Positions 1-7,300 of a stretch of 11,148 nucleotides of DNA are shown one piece after another. The notes below the pieces were generated by a model, which was not told the origin of the DNA, made no database searches, and saw only the letters and a list, made by a program, of their open reading frames with translations. Both the position numbers and the translations under genes were made by a program. Source of the stretch: Myxococcota bacterium (lineage in GTDB: Bacteria > Myxococcota > SpSt-1050); NCBI GenBank assembly GCA_049969675.1, contig JBMFOP010000097.1, forward strand, positions 1 through 11,148, read 5' to 3'. The first letter of the stretch is position 1. The number at the start of each line of letters is the position of its first letter.

Positions 1-50
1 CTGATGAACTGATTGAGAAATTAATCAACCTGTTAGATTCTAAACCCTAA
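1..50 (+). CDS. Probable 3' end of a gene entering from the left (…DELIEKLINLLDSKP*); product not assignable
   Basis: Frame 3 is open from base 3 to TAA at 48-50 and encodes an amphipathic helix-like peptide, reminiscent of the last helix of receiver domains. A palindrome cluster follows immediately. Only 15 codons are visible. Confidence 0.4.
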   Translation, partial: DELIEKLINLLDSKP

Positions 51-67
51 ATCTCAGATTCTCTCTC

Positions 68-303
68 AATTCCCCCTCTGAGAAGGGGTGGCAGGTCCCT
101 CGGACTGACGGGGTAGTTTCCCCCTCTTAGAAGGGGTTGACCCCATAGGCGGAGCGTTAGTTTCCCCTTTTATAAAGAGGTGGAAACCGAAGGTTGAGGG
201 GGTATTCGCAGACACCCCTCTAAACACCCCAGACCCCTCTCAAAGAGGGGAAGAGGGAACACCCCGTCTTCTTACGCATCCACCCCTCTACAAGAGGGGA
301 ATT
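68..303. repeat. Cluster of REP-like palindromes arranged as a large imperfect inverted repeat (BIME/REPIN/MITE-like)
   Basis: Forward units: TTCCCCCTCTGAGAAGGGGTGG (70-91), TTCCCCCTCTTAGAAGGGGTTG (118-139), TTCCCCTTTTATAAAGAGGTGG (162-183). Reverse units: ACCCCTCTCAAAGAGGGGAA (233-252), CCACCCCTCTACAAGAGGGGAATT (280-303), plus a half unit CACCCCTCT (213-221). The ends are AATTCCCC (68-75) and GGGGAATT (296-303). The cluster is GC-rich against an AT-rich background. Confidence 0.85.
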
Positions 304-395
304 CGGTATCGCTTAACAAATTATGAGTTGGCAAATCAAATGGGCAAGCCGTTTCTTAAGCAGGGGGTTGAATAGTATCTCTTTAAAACCTCTTC

Positions 396-426
396 TTGGT
401 GAAACAGACTTTTATTTGGTGAAACA
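396..426. repeat. Direct repeat TTGGTGAAACA x2 with a 20-bp period
   Basis: Exact 11-mer at 396-406 and 416-426. AAAACCTCT also occurs at 385-393 and 426-434. Confidence 0.6.
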
Positions 427-584
427 AAACCTCTGGTTTGTAAAAAATGTTAGTTGGTATAAGCATATTATACAGATATTTTCAAAGAATGAGATTTATA
501 ATGTGGTGAGATAGAGAGAAAGGCTGAGAAAGAGGATTTAGTAGTTGAGTGCAATTTAACAGATTTTAATGGTATCTGAAAGTC

Positions 585-611
585 GTAGGGGCAATTATTA
601 TTAGCCCTTAT
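585..611. repeat. Degenerate GTAG-type REP-like hairpin, possibly also a terminator or 3' stabiliser for the folK transcript
   Basis: GTAGGGGCAATT-ATT-ATTAGCCCTTAT folds into a stem (G585-T611 to C592-G604, with G:T pairs). It begins with the GTAG tetranucleotide typical of RAYT-associated REPs and lies about 94 bp past the folK stop. Confidence 0.5.
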
Positions 612-704
612 GGGAGATATTTGATTGAATTTATCCGTCCAGAATCCTTATTTTGTAAAATAGCTAACTTCTTAAAGCAGTTTATTTTTGGTAGTAGTGT
701 CTAA

Positions 705-1193
705 TCATAGAGTTATATTAATAGAATTCAATATTGTAGATTGAGATTGACTTATGTACTCTTTAAGTGGTCTTAAGTCCAGAGGGTCAATAATAAGTGG
801 GTCAATTTCAATTAGTGGTATTAAGAAGAAATCTCTCTTTTTTAGTTCCAGATGTGGAATCGTAAGTCCCTCTTCTTTAATTATGAGGTTGTCATAGAGG
901 AGTATATCTATATCAATTACTCGCGGACCCCATCTGATAGTTTCAGTTCTACCAATGGATATCTCAATATCCTTTATTGTCATCAGGAGCCCTTTTGCAG
1001 TAAGCCCTGTAGAACATTTAACGACGATATTTAAAAAATTTGGTTGATAAACATATCCATAGGGTAAAGTCTCATATAAAGATGAGTTTCTGATTGGTCT
1101 TATCCCTGCCACGCTGAATAATTTTACTGCCTTCTGTATATTTTCAAATCTATTACCGAGATTGCTCCCGAGTGAAAGATAGCAGATTGCCAT
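705..1193 (-). CDS. folK: 2-amino-4-hydroxy-6-hydroxymethyldihydropteridine diphosphokinase (HPPK)
   Basis: Hallmark motifs are YLSLGSNLG, SSLYET.P, QPNFLN, GR…RWGPRVIDIDILLY, L.IPH and R.F.LIPL. The 162-aa length is typical. Confidence 0.97.
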   Translation of the reverse strand: MAICYLSLGSNLGNRFENIQKAVKLFSVAGIRPIRNSSLYETLPYGYVYQPNFLNIVVKCSTGLTAKGLLMTIKDIEISIGRTETIRWGPRVIDIDILLYDNLIIKEEGLTIPHLELKKRDFFLIPLIEIDPLIIDPLDLRPLKEYISQSQSTILNSINITL

Positions 1194-1196
1194 ATC

Positions 1197-1697
1197 TTAT
1201 GATTGTTTATTCTCTTTAAGGAATTTCAATATAATCTTATCGAGTGATTCCTCACTGATTGTCCCTTCCCCAAATACTGTGAATGTAGATGTGCCGCCGA
1301 CAGGTTTAAATGGAGATTCTGTTCGTGGTTTGCCTGTGATTATCTCCTGATGTTGAATATTATTCCCTTCTATCCTATTTATTGGTAGTGCATTGTTTGA
1401 TACAGAAGTCCCCTCTGATTTGTCTATCTCCTGAGATACAAGGGGGTGTGAATCATATTTGCCGGTAATCAACTCCTTTATTATCTCCTTATGTTGATTC
1501 TCCATTATAGTTCTTACGGCATTTAAAATATTCTCACAGCCTAAGAGATGAGAGTAATCTGTCTTCTTTGTTGCAACGATATTCCCACCGATAAATATGT
1601 GAGATACTATAAGAGGATTTTCCTCTCCATTATCCTCTGTCTGGACGTGAAATATTTTATTCTTATATTTAATATTGTGGTTGAAACCGGGTAGCAT
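1197..1697 (-). CDS. Conserved hypothetical protein (N-terminal GFNHNIKY…FHVQTED domain, low-complexity linker, C-terminal FGE…SLDKIIL.FL motif)
   Basis: 166-aa ORF lying 2 bp from the upstream gene and 3 bp from folK. The N-terminal ~85 aa and the C-terminal motif resemble uncharacterised myxobacterial/deltaproteobacterial proteins (from recall). Confidence 0.85.
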   Translation of the reverse strand: MLPGFNHNIKYKNKIFHVQTEDNGEENPLIVSHIFIGGNIVATKKTDYSHLLGCENILNAVRTIMENQHKEIIKELITGKYDSHPLVSQEIDKSEGTSVSNNALPINRIEGNNIQHQEIITGKPRTESPFKPVGGTSTFTVFGEGTISEESLDKIILKFLKENKQS

Positions 1698-1699
1698 CT

Positions 1700-2743
1700 C
1701 TATTCTTTTGTAATCCTCTCTATAGCCTCCTTCTTCAACAGGAGACGCTGGTTTTGTTGATTATCCTGTGAATGTTCAGTCTTTCTCTGTGATTCAATAT
1801 CAGTAATTACAAAGTCAGTCAGAGAGAATATTGTATAGCCAAGCCTTTCCGCTGTCTCTTCATCAATACTAATTCCAAGCGAGTTTATATCAAGAGGTAT
1901 ATCTGCCCTTAAGTAGATTCTATCAAATTGGGATTCTCCCTTAATAGGTTCTTTTGTAAACTGATATACCTCTGACCTCTTTGAAAACTCATCAGTGCCC
2001 TTAATCTCTGAAATGAGGTCAATATAATTGGCGCTTGAATATCCGGGCACAACATAATTAAAAGGGAAGACATTTGTGATAAGGCATTTTAGAACATAGA
2101 GGACATCTTCCTTCTTCTCTGTTACAATATTAAAAGATGCCTTTTCAAAGATCTGTGCAGCAATTATCTCTTTTCTGGCTGTCAGTTTTGTAATTCGGTC
2201 AAATATATTTTCACGACAGGTAGAATAGTGATATATTGAGACTCCAGACCTTGACAATTCAGAGATCGCCTTTGAGACCTTCTCCTCGCAGGCTGAAAAT
2301 AGCCTCTCCACAGAGAGGCTGGTGTGGTACATTAACTCCCTTGATTCAAGATGATGGAGTATATGCATAACCTTCAATATACTACAGGAGATCTTAGAAA
2401 AGATCTTACTTCCTTTTAAGAATGAGGCATATCTAAATAGGTCTTTGATATCCTGAAGTTCTTTGAACTCTTTTGGAATCTCTATGTCCAGTGAATTCAA
2501 ATAGTTTAAGGCGTCATGATATATATGATGGATCCTTCTGTACGCCCTCGGTTCAGTTAGAATAAAGTTGTTGAGCTTCAAGAAGTTGTCAATTTCTGTA
2601 TCACTCTTAAAGTTGAGTCTTGTAAAGTCTATGACCGAGTTTCCGTAAAGTATCAGACCTATGGCATCTATGATAGAGTCTGAGGCATTCATCCTGTTCA
2701 GAACAGCGGATATGCTTGAGTCTATCTTGATATCGGAATTCAT
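1700..2743 (-). CDS. TIGR04552-family-like protein of unknown function
   Basis: Segments LILYGNSVIDFTRLNF…EIDNFLKLN, C.ILKVMHILHHLESREL, ITKL.ARKE.IAAQIF and FPFNYVVPG.S.N match my recollection of TIGR04552 proteins. I moved the start from TTG 2758 to ATG 2743 because AAGGAG lies 6 nt upstream of it (347 aa). Confidence 0.8.
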   Translation of the reverse strand: MNSDIKIDSSISAVLNRMNASDSIIDAIGLILYGNSVIDFTRLNFKSDTEIDNFLKLNNFILTEPRAYRRIHHIYHDALNYLNSLDIEIPKEFKELQDIKDLFRYASFLKGSKIFSKISCSILKVMHILHHLESRELMYHTSLSVERLFSACEEKVSKAISELSRSGVSIYHYSTCRENIFDRITKLTARKEIIAAQIFEKASFNIVTEKKEDVLYVLKCLITNVFPFNYVVPGYSSANYIDLISEIKGTDEFSKRSEVYQFTKEPIKGESQFDRIYLRADIPLDINSLGISIDEETAERLGYTIFSLTDFVITDIESQRKTEHSQDNQQNQRLLLKKEAIERITKE

Positions 2744-2772
2744 AAATCTCTCCTTCAAAAAACTGGATAATA

Positions 2773-2799
2773 ATTATATTATAAAATTCAAAATGACAA
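2773..2799 (-). promoter_or_regulatory. Possible internal sigma70-type promoter for the last three genes
   Basis: On the minus strand, TTGTCA (2799-2794) is followed by 15 nt and then TATAAT (2778-2773). It sits in the only sizeable gap of the operon. The spacer is short and the DNA very AT-rich, so the call is weak. Confidence 0.3.
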
Positions 2800-2808
2800 T
2801 ATAATTCT

Positions 2809-3234
2809 TCAATGTTCCTGAGTGGCTATACCGATTTTCATAATGCCTGCCTGACGCGCCATATCCATTATCTCCACGACCTTTCCATGTTGAGTAATCC
2901 TATCAGCTTGAATTATGAGCATAATGTCAGTTGCCTTTTTTGATTCATTCTTGAAATATTCAAGCAACTCTTCTGTAGAGTATCTCCTGTCTGATATGGT
3001 AATGGTTCCATTCTTATCAACCGCTACATTAATGGTCTTCTTCTCCGGTGGTATCTCTCTGACTGATGCCTTTGGAAGGTCTACATTAAAGCCTGAGGTG
3101 TTTTTGAGTGAAGGGGAAAAGGATGCTGAGAGGGTATAGAAGATTATCAACATAAATGAGACATCCACCAGATTTGTTACATCAATCCTTGTCTCATCCC
3201 TGAGTCTTGAAGATCTGTTCTGTCTGAAGTTCAT
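2809..3234 (-). CDS. exbD: ExbD/TolR family biopolymer transport protein
   Basis: IDVTNLVDVSFMLIIF transmembrane segment with the conserved Asp, VDLPKAS, and a C-terminal IQADR…HGKVVEIMD.ARQAGI.KIGIAT. The ATG abuts the exbB TAG, with AAGGAGG upstream. Confidence 0.92.
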   Translation of the reverse strand: MNFRQNRSSRLRDETRIDVTNLVDVSFMLIIFYTLSASFSPSLKNTSGFNVDLPKASVREIPPEKKTINVAVDKNGTITISDRRYSTEELLEYFKNESKKATDIMLIIQADRITQHGKVVEIMDMARQAGIMKIGIATQEH

Positions 3235-3855
3235 CTAATCCTCCTTCTTTTGAGTAATAATAGCCTCTCTCAATCTCTCGGATTCCTGTTCAAGTTTTAA
3301 TGCCTTTCTGTCTGCCATAGATATCAGATATCTGTATCCGACATAGGATGGAATTGCAACAATCAGACCGGCGGCGGTTGTAATCAGTGCCTCCCATATC
3401 CCAGATGCCACAAATTTATGGTCACCAATCCCTCTGATTGAGACCTGATGAAACATCCTTATCATTCCAGTGACAGTCCCGAGAAGTCCAAGAAGTGGAG
3501 AGATGGTGGCTACCAGTCCCAGAATTGAGATATTCTTTTCAAGCTCTGCTACCTCATTCTTCCCCTGTGTCTCCATATATTTTTCCATATTGGGGTTGTC
3601 AATATGAGATAGGGCTGCAACCGCAATATTAGCAATGGAGCTCTTATTCTCCTTTGAGATGGCAAGTGCCTCATCTATCTTTCCCTCTCTTATCAAATCT
3701 ATGAGTCGGCTAAAAAATTCCTCTGGCAGCACATACTTCTGTCTCATAGACCAAATTCTCTCAAAGAATATAGCCAGTGAGAGTATTGAACAGATTAGAA
3801 TTGCAATTGTGACCCATCCGCCCTTCTCATACATAAATATCAGTGAATCAAACAT
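3235..3855 (-). CDS. exbB: MotA/TolQ/ExbB proton channel family protein
   Basis: N-terminal GGWV…SILSLAIFFER transmembrane segment, ISPLLGLLGTVTGMI and GIWEALITTAAGL.VAIP. GGAGGT RBS lies just upstream of the ATG. Confidence 0.93.
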   Translation of the reverse strand: MFDSLIFMYEKGGWVTIAILICSILSLAIFFERIWSMRQKYVLPEEFFSRLIDLIREGKIDEALAISKENKSSIANIAVAALSHIDNPNMEKYMETQGKNEVAELEKNISILGLVATISPLLGLLGTVTGMIRMFHQVSIRGIGDHKFVASGIWEALITTAAGLIVAIPSYVGYRYLISMADRKALKLEQESERLREAIITQKKED

Positions 3856-3867
3856 AATACCTCCGGT

Positions 3868-4353
3868 TTACTTAATCTTCATTAATATTTCCCTGCTGAG
3901 ATTGCCGGTGTGGACATAGTACCTCCTCTCCCTTTTATTAATCAATATGCTGCTCGGGACCATAGTAATCTTCCCAAAAGACCAGTCTCCATTGATAATA
4001 TTTTCATCTGCAATCATCACAGGGAATTTTATATTGTTGTAAGTGACAAATGGTCCAAGTGTCGCCTCTTTGTTATAATCCATTCCTATCCCGATTATAC
4101 TAATTCTGTTTTCCTGAAAGAATTTTTCATTCTTTTCTATAAAGTTGATATCCATTATACAGGTGATGCAGTATGATGTAAAGAAGTAGAGGAGTATTAT
4201 TTCATTCCCGAATTCTTCTATGGTAGAATAACCTCCATATAGTCTCTTAAATCTGTATGAAAGCTCCTTATTATCCAACTGATGACCTCCCTTTATTATG
4301 AAACAGGAGCAGGTTAATGATAATATAACAATTAGGGCAGCTAATTTATTCAT
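3868..4353 (-). CDS. TlpA/redoxin-like thioredoxin-fold protein, probable lipoprotein
   Basis: LLYFFTSYCITC (CxxC), IIGIGMD, FPV, and the cis-Pro loop VPSSILIN. N-terminal MNKLAALIVILSLTCSC signal with a lipobox-like Cys. ATGA overlap with the amidase stop. Confidence 0.82.
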   Translation of the reverse strand: MNKLAALIVILSLTCSCFIIKGGHQLDNKELSYRFKRLYGGYSTIEEFGNEIILLYFFTSYCITCIMDINFIEKNEKFFQENRISIIGIGMDYNKEATLGPFVTYNNIKFPVMIADENIINGDWSFGKITMVPSSILINKRERRYYVHTGNLSREILMKIK

Positions 4354-7300
4354 TCAATTGCTGTGCATCCACAACCCGAGGAGTCTGATTGTATAACTGT
4401 TCCTGCATCTATTATCTGACCAGCGACACAGATACCATTGATACAGACTGTACCTGCACCACAGACTGAGCCAATATACCAATCGTTTTTGACACATACC
4501 TTTACATTATTTCCTTCGCAGATGCGGTCGCCATTGACACATACCTTTATGCCGGTATCTCTTAATACATCCTCAATTGTATCTGTTGTTTGAGTATCGG
4601 CCATAATATCTTCAGAGGTATCCGGGATAGTGGTATCAATCAGTCCTCCATCAATGTTCTCTATGTCAATACAATTGCCTTCAAGACATATTTTATCCTG
4701 CTCGCATCTCTTCCTTTCTGAAAATGTCCCGGATAATGAGCATTGCTTATATGTATTGCTATCAATACAGATGCTCTCACCCGGATTACAACAGGCATAC
4801 TCAATCTCACGATCAGATTCTGGTATCTCACCCACAAGAAAAGTTGCTACTCTCTTCATAACCTCTTTCTGCGTTTCAAATGGATAGATAGTTTCAAATG
4901 GGAATCCGAAATACATAAGTTTATATTCCCCTGTATATAGAGTTGCAGCAATCCCTTTATTCTGGTCGTAGTTGAGTTCAGGGATGGAATTGTTTATGGT
5001 ATTTACTACATCTGGATATTTTACGGGGTATGTGCCATGAGTCCCATCATCAAATAGGATTTCATTAATACCACCAAATATGCTCTCTGATGCTGGAACC
5101 ACCTTATAAACACCCGATGAATCAGCAGAATAAGAAGCCCTTATCCAGTCATTGAAGAACTTTTTATCCTCTGCATCTCCCTTGAAATCCAGATCCCATG
5201 CAATCTCTGACCCACTTACAAAGAGGGAACCACCCTTTGATAGAAAGTCAATAATCTTTATCTGCTCATCCCTACTGAATGTCTCATCTTTTGTAGATTC
5301 AACTCCATTTATCCAGTCTATCATTGTGTATTGTGTTGTATCTACCAGTCTTACAAACGCCTCATTTGTAGCGCTCTCAAAGAAGTATCCATTTGCATAA
5401 AGAGCCTTTGCGTGAGGGATTATCCAGCTTCCTCTATTCATCTCAATCTGTACTGTGGCATCCAGTCTATCAAATGCATTTACTATAAGTATAGGCCTCC
5501 ATCCTCTTATATCCTGAATGGTTACTGCAAGTATCTGTGAATCAAGCGATTCACCACCTTCATTTGTGGCTGTCACTTTTACAAAAAGGAGTTGTGGGGT
5601 CTGGCATCTGAGTTCAAAAGAATTTGTATTTACTGCCGTTCCATTATCAAAACTATATCCATCTTTTGAAAGATAGACCCTATAACCGGTAGCACCTTCA
5701 ACTGATGCCCATCTTACCCTTAATACACCGACAACCGGAGATTCTACATATATCTCCTGTGGAGGTTCGGGGAGAAACGGTTTTGTCCCATTAAAATATC
5801 TTGCTATGGCTCTATAGACGGCCCTACCCATAAGTTTCTTAAATTTTGTATCATGCAGATAATCATTATCTCTCACATTTGTAATTCCATCATGGAATGC
5901 GAGTTCCGTGAGTGCAGATGGCATTGTGGTGCATTCCCTCAACTCCCCGAAGTTGGCAGATTTGACACCCCTGTCTGTCCAGTTTGGGTCGTACTCTTGC
6001 CTTATATCTGAGACTATCTGTGATTGGATTAGTGCAGCGAGTTCATTTGAGCCAGGATATATCTCTCCGTTGTAATAATATGTCTCAGTACCAGTGGAAG
6101 TATTGTTATAGGCATTTGTATGAACCGATACATATAGGTCTGCCTTTGCCCAATCTGCATATTTGGGCCTTGCCACAACATCGTCGTTGTTATCTGAGGA
6201 AAGGGCATCGTAGATAGAAACGGGTGCACCAGCATATTGAATAAAGTATCTTGCAGCCTCCTGCCATCTCGGTCTCCCGGAAGTATTGCCACCTCTTGAA
6301 ATACTCCCCATACCTCCGCCCAATCTTACTGCATCAGCGATTATATAATTTCCGCTCTTAGAAGAGTGATTACTCATCTTGATTATAGCCTTATCAGAGA
6401 AATAGAAGGATGGCAGATAGAACCAGGTAGGGGTGCCGATTTTCTGATTGATTAGAAATGTGGTCTCTCCACCGGAGTGAGATACAATAAGTGGGGTATC
6501 TTCAGCCCTATTCGTTCCGGGAACCCACCAGATAGATACACGAAAAAAACTCTCCTCCGGGAGATGTATTGTATATTCAGCAATAGAGGAGGGTCCGCCG
6601 GTATCTGTCTCTGCAACTCTGTAGTTACCTGCATAACCGCCGGGTGAATTTCCATCGGCAAATTTTCCGCTCTCTATATACCCCTCTGGAGAGGAGTTGT
6701 CCATAATGAATTCCTGATTGCTAAAATCTCGTTCTCTCACAGAAATAACATGTGCACCCGCACGTTCAAGGTAAGGTATTATCCAGTTGTTACATATATC
6801 TGCTGTTAGCAGGTCCTCAATCAGCCCGTTGATATTATCTCTCTGTGTAATCCAGCCAAGACTCTCATTGTAATAAAAACCGTGTCCGGGCGAGATTACT
6901 ATCCGTTTACCGGAGAGTGTGCCGTCTGGTGCATCCCTGGAATTGAGTTTGAGGATATTACAACCATCAGATTCTCTGACCTTAATCTTTCTATCGCTCC
7001 TGACCGCCTCATCCACCGAGATAATATTTCCACCTGTATAGAATTTTAGATTGTAGACCTCAATCATTTTTAGGTGCTCTGAGAGCGTATTTATTATCTG
7101 TCTTTGCATCTCGTCGTACTGAACTACTTCTGTCGCTGGCGGTAATTTCTCGGTCTTAAGAATGATGTTAATCGTTTTATTTTCAATGCTCAAATCATAA
7201 AGTGAGGCATCCTCAGGGATATATGACCTTATGCCTTTGACATCTTTGTTTGATTTCAACAGGAGATTTAGAATGACCTTTGCCTTACCCGGCGAATCGG

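Noticed and set aside
68..303. CRISPR array or tRNA/ncRNA interpretation of the repeats
   Set aside because: Units are degenerate, occur in both orientations with irregular spacing, and have no cas genes nearby. No cloverleaf or T-loop motif is present.
323..514. 63-aa plus-strand ORF
   Set aside because: No clear RBS and no recognisable motif. It runs through the direct-repeat region and is probably a chance ORF.
2766..2784. Fur-box-like GATAATAATTATATTATAA near exbD
   Set aside because: Only 11/19 ungapped matches in very AT-rich DNA, and it lies downstream rather than upstream of exbBD.
4290..4353. Programmed frameshift joining the amidase GCGC tail to the following hydrophobic stretch to rebuild a full MYXO-CTERM
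   Set aside because: No slippery sequence is evident. The hydrophobic stretch is adequately explained as the TlpA lipoprotein signal and lacks an Arg cluster and stop.
6029..6661. Alternative-frame minus-strand ORFs 6029-6292 and 6452-6661
   Set aside because: They are nested out of frame within the amidase, whose own frame carries the conserved motifs.
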